Of a DNA stretch of 41,465 bases, positions 33,513-41,465 are shown one piece after another. The translations under genes and the position numbers were made by a program. The stretch is from a virus (Duplodnaviria > Caudoviricetes): IMG/VR virus record IMGVR_UViG_3300010048_000019, positions 1 through 41,465 of that record; one strand, 5' to 3'. The notes under the pieces were generated by a model, which made no database searches, was not told the origin of the DNA, and worked only from the letters and a program-made list of their open reading frames with translations. Every line of letters starts with the position of its first letter. The stretch's first letter is position 1.

Positions 33513-34750
33513 TACCGAGCCTCCAGCGCCGTGATCCGTTCCGTTGCCTGCTGCAAGGCGCGGATCAGGACCGGCACGAATTTAGAATAGTCGACGCCGT
33601 AGCTGTCCGTCTCCTCGTTGTGATGGACCGCTTCTGGGAAGACCTCCTCCACTTCTTGCGCGAACACGCCGTATGAACGCAGCCCACTTTTCTTCCATTT
33701 GAAATTGTACGGCTTCAGCGCCGCGATGATCTTTGTGCCGTCAAATACCAACTGGTCTGTTTTCAAACGAGCATCGGAGGTCGTGTTGAAAGAGACTGTC
33801 GACCCATTGGTTGAAATACTGCCAACGAACGCGCCGCTATAATAAAATGCCATCATGTAGGCGGCAGTGTTATCTACGCGAGCCAAGTAGGCCCCACTGG
33901 AAGGGCCGCCGGTATAATATGCACTGATCCCCCAACCGTTGCTGGTGTTGCCGGCAAATCCAGCGAATCCGCCCCACCAATTCGTCTGCATACCAGCATT
34001 GTTGGTGCCGACATTGCCGTACTGATTGCTGCTACAAATCAGTGACTCGCCGCTGTACGAGTCATAGAGGAAGGTCACGTTGTTGTTCCGATAGAGTACC
34101 GTGGCTTGCGAGTTGGCAGAACGATCAAGGAGATTGAATGCAGCTAAGCCGCCGCTGCCACCACCTGAGGATATCACCTGTCCTTGAACATTCAAGTCGT
34201 TGTTGACCTGCACCGCTGTCTTCCCGTAGATATACGGCGTCGCGTCATAGGCACCACCGATGACACCACTCTTGTTGCCTGCGGCTAATATTGTAACTCC
34301 ACCATTCTGGACAGAAAAGCAAGAACCGGCACCACCCGTACCAGCGTTGGTGCCGTTGACAGTGACGATGTTGGGAGCGTTGGCAGGAGGGACGGTGCCA
34401 AAGGTAGCACCTAGCGTAGCTGATAGACTGAGACCACTACCATTGGTGACGGTCACTGCGCCACCAGCGTTAACAGCTCCACCAATCCCAACGCCGCCTG
34501 TAACTACCAACGCGCCAGTCGTGGTTGACGTGGATGGAGTCGATGCAGTGACGGTCGCGCTCGGGAGTAACAACCCTCCTGTCATCGTGTCGCCAGCCTT
34601 CGCCACGAACAGACTGCTAACAACAGCAGGGGTGGGTATAGTGGTCCAAGCGAACCCGTTCCACGTGTAGACTGGTTGGCCCGAGACAGGCGGCGAAGGA
34701 TAGGTCTGGCCTGTGGTCGGGGAAGATGGGAAGTCGAGTGGTGATGTCAT
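33512..34750 (-). CDS. tail fibre protein 3 with C-terminal peptidase S74 intramolecular chaperone
   Basis: LDFPSSPTTGQ...YTWNGFAW; VAKAGDTMTG; STSTTTGALVVTGGVGIGG; TSDARLK...GVFAQEV...PEAV...VDYSKFVPVLIRALQ. Confidence 0.87.
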   Translation of the reverse strand: MTSPLDFPSSPTTGQTYPSPPVSGQPVYTWNGFAWTTIPTPAVVSSLFVAKAGDTMTGGLLLPSATVTASTPSTSTTTGALVVTGGVGIGGAVNAGGAVTVTNGSGLSLSATLGATFGTVPPANAPNIVTVNGTNAGTGGAGSCFSVQNGGVTILAAGNKSGVIGGAYDATPYIYGKTAVQVNNDLNVQGQVISSGGGSGGLAAFNLLDRSANSQATVLYRNNNVTFLYDSYSGESLICSSNQYGNVGTNNAGMQTNWWGGFAGFAGNTSNGWGISAYYTGGPSSGAYLARVDNTAAYMMAFYYSGAFVGSISTNGSTVSFNTTSDARLKTDQLVFDGTKIIAALKPYNFKWKKSGLRSYGVFAQEVEEVFPEAVHHNEETDSYGVDYSKFVPVLIRALQQATERITALEAR

Positions 34751-36024
34751 TACAGCCTCGCGTCAAGTTTCAAGAAGCCTGTGCCACTAGTAAATGACGG
34801 ATAGTGTAAATATAACTGTCCTACCGTTAACCCAGTAAAATTCCCAAATGAATAAATACCATAATCAGGTCCATTACTCCCAACGATGGCCACGTTTGCC
34901 GCCGATTGAGTAGCGTTCTGAGATGTAACATTCGTCAGCGAGATCGGTGCTGTCACACTCACTGATGGAGCTGCACGCATGCCTGAGTGCCTCACAGCAA
35001 AGTCTATACTCGTCGAGATCCCTGCAATTCCAGCCCCTTCCATTGCGATGATCTGCAGGTATCGCTTGCACAATTGCAACTCTTGATCGTAGGGCCGCAT
35101 AATGAACGGCGCTCGTCCAGCCGAGGGAAGCTCGATGCCTGGAAGGACGATCAGGCCTGTGATGCTTATTTGATTACCTGCGGTGGCGACAAGGTTAGTT
35201 GTCGCAGCCGTGCCGCTCATAAGAGTACCACTCTGCCACGATCCAGCAGTCCCTTGATAAGTGGTGCCTGTGCCAAAGCAGAACCGGACCATCATGCCCT
35301 TGCTATTATCTGCGGTCCAAGTCCCCGCCGTATCTCCGGGCACTGTTAGTGTTTTATATTCCCAAGTATTGCTTGCGTGGATCGCCACGTCGACGAGGTA
35401 GTAGCGGTTGGCTGCGCCGTTAAAGACACAAACAGCCATGTTCCCAACGGCAGTGCTGTAAACGTAAAAGCCGATTGACAGCGACTGAGCGTTGGCCGTT
35501 CCCCATCCCAATCTGGCGATGCGGCGACCTTCTATTATATTTTGCAAAAAGACTTGATCAGTTGCGGCAAGCGACGGCTTACCGGTTCCCACTGTCAATG
35601 TTAAGGAGGCCGAAAATCCGGGGGGCGCAGCACCAGTATATCCTGGCCAGAAGTTCATCGTCAGCGGTGCAGACCCTTGATACGCACCCCAACCATCTTG
35701 AGCATACAAGTAGGTCGCAGATGTCAAGGTGAAGGGTCCACCACCAGCTGCAAATTCTTGACTGACCTCGCACGACCCGTTGACCTGTATCCCGTTGAAG
35801 GCCAGCGCATCGAACGGCGCGGAATAGGCATTGATCTTCGCTTGGTCCTGCTGTGCGGGTGTGAGTGTCTGCGATGTGTCGTAGCGAATCGCCCCATCAA
35901 GTGTCGAAAGACCCGCAGTGACCCAAGCATGGCCATCCCAACTCCACGTCGGGGTGTTAGGGACCGACGGCGAAGGATAGAGTTGGCCAATGGTTGGATT
36001 AGCTGGAAAGTTAAGGCCCATCAC
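34750..36024 (-). CDS. tail fibre protein 2 (possible carbohydrate-binding beta-sandwich)
   Basis: LNFPANPTIGQ...WSWDGHAW; QTLTPAQQDQAKIN; NG...VSQ...DGW; RPYDQELQLCKRY motif typical of phage fibre proteins. Confidence 0.8.
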   Translation of the reverse strand: MMGLNFPANPTIGQLYPSPSVPNTPTWSWDGHAWVTAGLSTLDGAIRYDTSQTLTPAQQDQAKINAYSAPFDALAFNGIQVNGSCEVSQEFAAGGGPFTLTSATYLYAQDGWGAYQGSAPLTMNFWPGYTGAAPPGFSASLTLTVGTGKPSLAATDQVFLQNIIEGRRIARLGWGTANAQSLSIGFYVYSTAVGNMAVCVFNGAANRYYLVDVAIHASNTWEYKTLTVPGDTAGTWTADNSKGMMVRFCFGTGTTYQGTAGSWQSGTLMSGTAATTNLVATAGNQISITGLIVLPGIELPSAGRAPFIMRPYDQELQLCKRYLQIIAMEGAGIAGISTSIDFAVRHSGMRAAPSVSVTAPISLTNVTSQNATQSAANVAIVGSNGPDYGIYSFGNFTGLTVGQLYLHYPSFTSGTGFLKLDARL

Positions 36025-37832
36025 TTCCTCGCTTCGAGTTCGTCGACACGGGCTTGAAGCTGCTGCACGGCGCGGATCAGCACAGGCACAAACTTGGAGT
36101 AGTCAATAAAGTAATCGTCGGTGGTCTCGTCGTGAGTCACTGCCTCTGGATGAACCTTAATCGCTTCCTGAGCGAACAGTCCATGGGCGCGGGTCTTTTG
36201 CTTAGTCCATCTAAAGTTCTTCGGTTTCAACGCAGCGATCACTGCTGACCCGTCAAAGTCTTTCTCGTCATCCTTCAAGCGAGCATCGGAGGAGGTATTG
36301 TACAAGGTACCTGATCCATTCTGGCTAATGCTTCCAATTGCAGTGCCACCAGCACTATAAAACTGTAGATAAGTCGTATTGTCTTGCTGTTGAATGAAGC
36401 CCATTCCGTACTGAGTACTACCACCAACATAAGACAGAAGAATGCCAGCATTAACTGGTGGACTGCCGATGCCTGACTGCGTTGTTAGTTGAAAGGTGCC
36501 GTTCGACGAAATCAGGTTGCCATTTAACCAGTGCATCCCGTTGGATACTGAGATCTGAGCGTTAGCATATAGCGTTGGAGTAGCACTAAAGGCACCTCCA
36601 TAGAACGTGCTATAATTGCCAATTCCCATTATAACACTGCCAGCATTACCAATCGAGAGAGCGCCGCCCCCACTTGTGCCAGCGTTCCCACCGTTGACAG
36701 TTACAATAGAGGCTGGAGCAGTACTACCTGCTCCAAAAGAGGCACTTGTACCACTAGCTTGGATATTGCCAGCAAAATAAGAGGCACCTGTAACGTTTAA
36801 ACCACCTGATGTAATAATCAGCTCGCCCGTCATCGTATCGCCACTCTTGGCGACATACGCAGCAGGATTTATCGTCGGTGAGGCAACGACCCATTGCGCC
36901 CCGCTGCCACTGTTATACATAACGTAAAGCGTACCATTAGTTGAGTTCCACCAGAACGAGTTGACCGGTGCTGAGGTCGGGGCAGTATCGGAGATAATGA
37001 GATTAGCAAGTCCAGTAAGGCTTGGGACTGGGTTCGACAAGACCCACTGACTGGAAGTCCCGTCGTTATAGTAGATGTAGGTGCATCCATCTGTGTTGTT
37101 CCACCACAGCGAGTTGGCGACAGGCGAAGCCGGTGGAGTCGGGCCAATGGAGACAGTCGTACCACCACCACCACCACCGGGGGAGACAATGACCCACTGC
37201 AATGAGTCAACGTCCTGATAGTTAACGTAGAGAAGGCCCTCAGAGGAGGACCACCAGAGAGAGTTTGCCGGGGCCCCTACTGGTGGGTTGTCAGAGACGT
37301 ATACCGTGGTTCCGCCTCCGCCTCCTCCTGAGCCGGCGTGGGTATCAACGTAGTTCTTCGTGGCGACTTGCTGGAGGGCAGTGGGGTCGGGCGCGAGTAT
37401 CTGTCCACCGGTCCCAACCTGCAACGTTCCGGTCAGCGTCCCGCCATTGTCGAGCGACAGTACCTTGTCCCAAGCCCCGCTGCTCCGACCGTAAGTACTG
37501 CCGTCGGTCGGAGCATCAGCGATACCCGTTGGACTCTTCAGCCATTTGCCTGGCACACCTGGAGTCGCATACCGACAATATAGACTGCCATCCGGTGGAC
37601 AGTCCCCACTGATAGCATTAGCATCTAGCTCAAGGATCGCATCTTGGACGTTGTTGGCGCTTATCGTTCCACCTGGAGTGAAGACCACGTTATCCGCAGT
37701 ATTAGCCGGTATCTCCGCGAGCGGGAGCATCACCCAACCAATACTCGGCCCCATATAGCACCGGACAGTGTTTGGCAGAGGACTGTCTTGTCCGGGATAG
37801 ATAGGGTTTAACGTGTCAATAGTCCACGACAT
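36021..37832 (-). CDS. tail fibre protein 1 (three internal repeats, C-terminal peptidase S74 chaperone)
   Basis: DAPTDGSTYGR, ATKNYVD, three P...NSLWW...G..Y..Y......QWV..SP repeats, VAKSGDTMTG, SSDARLK...GLFAQE...IDYSKFVPVLIRAVQ. Confidence 0.87.
   Translation of the reverse strand: MSWTIDTLNPIYPGQDSPLPNTVRCYMGPSIGWVMLPLAEIPANTADNVVFTPGGTISANNVQDAILELDANAISGDCPPDGSLYCRYATPGVPGKWLKSPTGIADAPTDGSTYGRSSGAWDKVLSLDNGGTLTGTLQVGTGGQILAPDPTALQQVATKNYVDTHAGSGGGGGGTTVYVSDNPPVGAPANSLWWSSSEGLLYVNYQDVDSLQWVIVSPGGGGGGTTVSIGPTPPASPVANSLWWNNTDGCTYIYYNDGTSSQWVLSNPVPSLTGLANLIISDTAPTSAPVNSFWWNSTNGTLYVMYNSGSGAQWVVASPTINPAAYVAKSGDTMTGELIITSGGLNVTGASYFAGNIQASGTSASFGAGSTAPASIVTVNGGNAGTSGGGALSIGNAGSVIMGIGNYSTFYGGAFSATPTLYANAQISVSNGMHWLNGNLISSNGTFQLTTQSGIGSPPVNAGILLSYVGGSTQYGMGFIQQQDNTTYLQFYSAGGTAIGSISQNGSGTLYNTSSDARLKDDEKDFDGSAVIAALKPKNFRWTKQKTRAHGLFAQEAIKVHPEAVTHDETTDDYFIDYSKFVPVLIRAVQQLQARVDELEARK
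36875..37304 (-). repeat. three tandem ~43-aa protein repeats within tail fibre 1
   Basis: About 37179-37304, 37029-37157 and 36875-37001; the first two are preceded by poly-Gly linkers. Confidence 0.85.
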
Positions 37833-37834
37833 AA

Positions 37835-38365
37835 CTAGACCCTCGGCTTAGGCTGTACTCTGTCAGAGAGCTGCTTCGTAAGTTGTGCGTTCTGTTCGAC
37901 CAGCGCCGCGACCTGTTTCTGCAGCTCTTCGAACCTCTCCTCAGAGATCCCCTTCAACGACATGTTCTTCTGCGCGTCCGTCATCGCCGCTGCAAGCTGT
38001 TTCTCGAAGTTCATCAGCAGCGACTGTGAGTACCCCTGCCCCGGCAGAGAGTCGATCGGGTGCTTCCATTCCACCTGCAACGAATCGCTCAGCGCCTGCG
38101 CCTCATCATCGAGCGGTTCCATGTCCGGCGTAGGATTTCCCTCGAAGATGTAGTCCCGAGCTTGATGGTTCTTCCCTGCGTGCGCGACCACCACCTCACC
38201 TGGATAGTTCCAGTCTGCCGGTTGCTCTGGATGCAGATAGAGCGGAACACTATACACCTTCCGGCCTTGCCGTCCCGAGCCTCGATCAGTCTCTTTGTAC
38301 TCCCACTCCGTGCCTGGCACGATCAGGTAGTGGGGCTGTGTCAGTCTCCATCTCATTTCCAGCAT
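37835..38365 (-). CDS. hypothetical late protein
   Basis: RWRLTQPHYL...PTPDMEPLDDEA and a C-terminal coiled coil; start may be ATG 38356. Confidence 0.7.
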   Translation of the reverse strand: MLEMRWRLTQPHYLIVPGTEWEYKETDRGSGRQGRKVYSVPLYLHPEQPADWNYPGEVVVAHAGKNHQARDYIFEGNPTPDMEPLDDEAQALSDSLQVEWKHPIDSLPGQGYSQSLLMNFEKQLAAAMTDAQKNMSLKGISEERFEELQKQVAALVEQNAQLTKQLSDRVQPKPRV

Positions 38366-38547
38366 CCTCTCTGTTCACCAAACTCGTTATGTTCTACGAT
38401 TTGCTCCTTCGTCCCACGAGTTAGAACGTCATCGTGAGATGGACGAATAGGACGCCAGCCTGCGCAGTTCAACGCCTTGCTAGTCTCGCATCCACTTATT
38501 AAGATCGCGATCAAGCTGCTCATCAGAGCGACTCGCAACATCCTCAC
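38353..38547 (-). CDS. o-spanin (Rz1-like lipoprotein)
   Basis: Signal + lipobox ILISG-C; overlaps the i-spanin 3' end in another frame. Confidence 0.75.
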   Translation of the reverse strand: MRMLRVALMSSLIAILISGCETSKALNCAGWRPIRPSHDDVLTRGTKEQIVEHNEFGEQRGCWK

Positions 38548-38686
38548 TGAGTTTCTCCCGTTCCTCCTCAGCCTTCAGCGTGTCCCGCGCCATCTGCTCC
38601 AGTACACTTCCTCTCCCCATCACATACCCTGTCAGGAACGCGACTATGGCAGAGATGAGCGCGATGAAGACTGTCCCGCCGCTCAT
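38480..38686 (-). CDS. i-spanin (Rz-like)
   Basis: N-terminal TM helix and charged periplasmic helix; between the holin and the lipoprotein. Confidence 0.72.
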   Translation of the reverse strand: MSGGTVFIALISAIVAFLTGYVMGRGSVLEQMARDTLKAEEEREKLSEDVASRSDEQLDRDLNKWMRD

Positions 38687-38856
38687 GTGGCTTTATTCGG
38701 TATCGCCCAGACAAGGATCGGCGTCAGTATCGCTACAATCCAAGCCACCGCCTCCTCGCTAACGCCACCGAACCACTCATGGCCGCTCAGTAGATTAACC
38801 AACGCCAGAGCTGCCATTATCAGCGCGATCAGTGCTTTGTCTATCGAGGTAAACAT
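38683..38856 (-). CDS. putative holin, two TM helices (57 aa)
   Basis: MFTSIDKALIALIMAALALVNLLSGHEWFGGVSEEAVAWIVAILTPILVWAIPNKAT*; directly after the endolysin; not in the ORF track. Confidence 0.72.
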   Translation of the reverse strand: MFTSIDKALIALIMAALALVNLLSGHEWFGGVSEEAVAWIVAILTPILVWAIPNKAT

Positions 38857-38859
38857 GGC

Positions 38860-39609
38860 TTATCTCCCTAGAGCTTTCCAAGTCAGCGGGCCAACGACCC
38901 CATCAGCGGTCAAGCCCTTCTGACTCTGGAACGTCTTGACCCGGCCCTCAGTCGCTGGGCCGAAGTCACCATCGAGTGCCAACCCTCCTAGCAGCTTCTG
39001 AAGTGTGAGCACATCAGGACCCTTGGAGCCGCGACGGAGGGTTGGCATCGTCACCGGAGGAGGCTGAGAAGGGCTACCTGGGGTCTGCTGGCGTCCTGCT
39101 AAGGCTCCGGCGATTGCTTTGCAGATTTCCACGAAGTTCATCTTGTATAGCTCCACATCAGTTTCACTATCAACAAAACAAACCTCAATCAAAATCGGTT
39201 GCTTATGACATTTGTTCAGGAAGCTTAGGTTGGTCCTGTGCTTAGCTCCGCGATCGACCAAACCACTCGCCTGAGAAATCGCCTTCGAGACCTTCGCCGC
39301 CATATCCTTCTGTGCATCCGCCTTATAAAGGACTTCTGTTCCTCGCGGAGCAACTGTCTGACTAAACGCGTTGAAGTGGACTGACACATCGCGATCTCGC
39401 GTTTGTTTGTTGTGCCAGGTTGTAATCGCAGTAAGATTGGACTGTTGGTTTTTGGAGGCATCGTCATGGAACGTCACCACCTTGTTGCCGAATCCTCTTA
39501 AGGCGACGGCGACTTGATCGACCACCCGCCGGGCCTCAGTGACCTCATTGATCAGCCCTGAAGCCCCACCAACGTGCCTACCATGACCCGACGAGATGGC
39601 GAAGTTCAT
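38860..39609 (-). CDS. endolysin: N-acetylmuramoyl-L-alanine amidase (Amidase_3) + PG_binding_1
   Basis: ISSGHG, NE, VSVHFNA, GTEV, ILIEVCFVD; LRRGSKGPDV..LQ..L...DGDFGPAT...VK.FQ...GL.ADGVVGPLTW. Confidence 0.92.
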   Translation of the reverse strand: MNFAISSGHGRHVGGASGLINEVTEARRVVDQVAVALRGFGNKVVTFHDDASKNQQSNLTAITTWHNKQTRDRDVSVHFNAFSQTVAPRGTEVLYKADAQKDMAAKVSKAISQASGLVDRGAKHRTNLSFLNKCHKQPILIEVCFVDSETDVELYKMNFVEICKAIAGALAGRQQTPGSPSQPPPVTMPTLRRGSKGPDVLTLQKLLGGLALDGDFGPATEGRVKTFQSQKGLTADGVVGPLTWKALGR

Positions 39610-39791
39610 TTCTCACCTTTAGGCAGACAACGGTCTGCTAGGCTTTGAATGAGCACATCGTGACGTTCATTCTCCCGAAGCGTCACGAACAGGAACATTA
39701 AGTTGATAAGGATGAGAGCGATAGCAAGTGGCTGAGATCGCATCGTCTCCGCGACGACCCCAACCGTCTTGCTGACTGCTTCTACAGCCAT
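39606..39791 (-). CDS. small single-TM protein (possible holin/antiholin)
   Basis: PLAIALILINLMFLFVTL; GAGGAG RBS; ATGA-coupled to the endolysin. Confidence 0.6.
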   Translation of the reverse strand: MAVEAVSKTVGVVAETMRSQPLAIALILINLMFLFVTLRENERHDVLIQSLADRCLPKGEK

Positions 39792-39839
39792 TATCTCCTC
39801 TTCGAAGGAGTCGGTACTAACGTATCTTCAGCACTCCTT

Positions 39840-40391
39840 TCAGTTGTTGATTAGAATCCCAGGCGGGTATCCGCCAAGTGCACCCGCCGCGCCCATAGGC
39901 TGACGGATTTCGTCAAGCACGATACCGGCTTCGACTGAGCCACCCGTGCCCGTGCCTGCGATCACATAACCAAGTCGCAGGAACCTCGGTAGAGGCTGTC
40001 CAGGAACCTGTCTGGGAACATCGACGTTAGCCAGGAAGGCGCCTTGGATAGCGTTCGCTGCGGCCACCGCCGGGCCTGTCCACATTACAGTATACGCGCC
40101 GGGCGTTCCAGTGCCGCTATCAGGAGCACCGGAAAGCGTCAGCTGGATGCTCGTCAGGCCGGTGAAGGAGGCTGTCACGACGGCCATCAGCTTCAGTGCC
40201 GGGTCATCCCCGACTCCGATGTCCCTCGCTCCGCCACCTGCGGCAGAACCAGGCAAGCCAGCCAACCCTAGATCAATGGTGTTGGTCGCGTTGGCTGAGG
40301 CGGTGGGCGCGTCAGTGTTCGGTCCTGACGTGATGCCACCTGTGGTCCCGTTGGAGGACCCAGTGAACAAGAGTAGATTATCAAGAATCAT
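39840..40391 (-). CDS. capsid cement/decoration protein (Bbp16-like)
   Basis: MILDNLLLF...TNTIDLG...RDIGVG...PRFLRLGY...AGIV; directly after the major capsid gene. Confidence 0.82.
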   Translation of the reverse strand: MILDNLLLFTGSSNGTTGGITSGPNTDAPTASANATNTIDLGLAGLPGSAAGGGARDIGVGDDPALKLMAVVTASFTGLTSIQLTLSGAPDSGTGTPGAYTVMWTGPAVAAANAIQGAFLANVDVPRQVPGQPLPRFLRLGYVIAGTGTGGSVEAGIVLDEIRQPMGAAGALGGYPPGILINN

Positions 40392-40401
40392 TCTGTCCTC
40401 C

Positions 40402-41448
40402 TTACACGACCACGGCTTCGTTGTTCAGGATCGCATCGCACGTCCTGACAGGAATCCCGCGGAACGTCGTTACTGGTTTACCATCGAACTCCTCAATGCG
40501 GAGCAAGACGTTCGTCTTGTTCATCGCCTGAAGATCGAGGTAGGTTCGGATCACGCGGTTACAGTAGATAACCACACGACCCATGTCTGCCCGCACCTCA
40601 GGAGTGTCTGAGGTTTGAATAGTCGTGGCACTCGTCGGCGCGGTTGGGAGACGATACAACGCGCGGACGAGCAGGTTGATCAGGTTCGCGGCTGTCGTTC
40701 CGCTGATCAGCGTGAGGTCGATATTGCAGATCCTGGCGAGATACCGCCAGTCCCTGAGGACCATCCCGATCTCCCACTTGAAATGATCGCGATAGGCCTG
40801 ATACGTGTTGCCGGCAGAGTCTTGAACGGGCCACTCTCCCATGTCCCGATGCTGCAGGCCGGTCACTTTGCCTTTCGGGAACGTGGCATGGAGAGTGTCG
40901 CTGCCCCAGCAGCCGACCCAAATCGAGGTCTGCATGTTGGCAGTAGTGCCCGTTCCATCCAGGACATTCGCAGCCGTCTGAGCATTGGCCAGCGTTTTAG
41001 TGCTGTACCGCGGAGCCCAGCCAGTAAACCGCTCCGGGTTCACAAACTGGTTGCCGTAGATGATGGTCTGCGCGACTTGCTGCGACATGCCTTCAAGAAA
41101 CGCCTTGACCTCTGATAGTCTGAACTCAGCGGTATTCCCGTTAAGATCAGCAATATCTTTGTCGATAACTGCGTACGTCTCGAGGTTGCCGCAGGTATCG
41201 ACGATCTGGGCGGTCGTTGACTTGGCATTGGGGACACCCTGGTTCAACAGACGCCAGGTGGCTTGGGGCAAGCCAGTGCGGACCGTGGTCTTATGACCAG
41301 TCGGCAGATTACCCTCGATAACTAACATGTCCTCGAGGATTTCGTTCGTCTGAGAGAGAAGTTCGATGATGGACGAGACCCTGTAGCCATCGTCCATACG
41401 CTTGGCCCAATCAGCATAAGTCAGGGCCAGTGCTCCAACTGTTGCCAT
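40402..41448 (-). CDS. major capsid protein (BPP-1 Bbp17-like)
   Basis: TYADWAKR...IIELLSQTNEILEDM...EGNLPTGHKTTVRTGLP...WRLLNQGV...DWRY..RICNID...FRGIPVRTCDAILNNEA. Confidence 0.92.
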   Translation of the reverse strand: MATVGALALTYADWAKRMDDGYRVSSIIELLSQTNEILEDMLVIEGNLPTGHKTTVRTGLPQATWRLLNQGVPNAKSTTAQIVDTCGNLETYAVIDKDIADLNGNTAEFRLSEVKAFLEGMSQQVAQTIIYGNQFVNPERFTGWAPRYSTKTLANAQTAANVLDGTGTTANMQTSIWVGCWGSDTLHATFPKGKVTGLQHRDMGEWPVQDSAGNTYQAYRDHFKWEIGMVLRDWRYLARICNIDLTLISGTTAANLINLLVRALYRLPTAPTSATTIQTSDTPEVRADMGRVVIYCNRVIRTYLDLQAMNKTNVLLRIEEFDGKPVTTFRGIPVRTCDAILNNEAVVV

Positions 41449-41465
41449 TTATCTCACCCGCTTGG

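Noticed and set aside
31255-41448. Diversity-generating retroelement, suspected because the capsid module is BPP-1-like
   Set aside because: No reverse transcriptase motif in any ORF, and no ~100-bp TR/VR pair differing at adenines was seen. The fibre similarities are ordinary paralogy. A DGR outside the window cannot be excluded.
1-41465. Integrated prophage or lysogeny module
   Set aside because: No integrase, att-like repeat, divergent repressor pair or flanking host genes are visible. Lifestyle cannot be decided from this window.

Overview
This window is a ~41.5-kb internal piece of a tailed dsDNA phage genome, with a podovirus-type tail and ejection proteins and a BPP-1 Bbp17/Bbp16-like capsid pair. 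The host is probably an alphaproteobacterium (inferred from a VPLPA-CTERM gene and the spanin type). The + strand (1-17167) is the early/replication arm. It has three near-consensus sigma70 promoters and many small genes, including a phage-encoded VPLPA/PEP-CTERM surface protein, a frame-disrupted XRE-HTH coupled to a stand-alone AP2 gene, and an Acb2/Tad1-like candidate sponge. Its DNA-metabolism genes are a UvrD helicase, a Cas4/RecB-like nuclease with a Sak4-like ATPase and an SSB, a ParB-DNA methyltransferase fusion, a DUF3987-like helicase, and a family A DNA polymerase split inside its proofreading domain. The polymerase parts are UDG-ExoI-ExoII and ExoIII-Pol (His at the 762-equivalent position), with two genes inserted between them. 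The - strand (41448 to 17134) is the late arm: major capsid, cement protein, lysis cassette, five tail-fibre/adhesin genes, tail tubular A/B, internal virion proteins (one with an M15 peptidase) and an RlpA-like gene. The best candidates for an undescribed system are (i) a 3:3 match between three repeats in one 'hub' fibre and a shared N-terminal motif on the next three fibres, suggesting a branched receptor-binding apparatus, (ii) the split UDG-polymerase with no recognisable primase, and (iii) a phage substrate for the host exosortase. No terminase, portal, integrase, RNA polymerase, primase, reverse transcriptase, tRNA or CRISPR array was recognised. All family calls come from reading motifs by eye; no database search was run.
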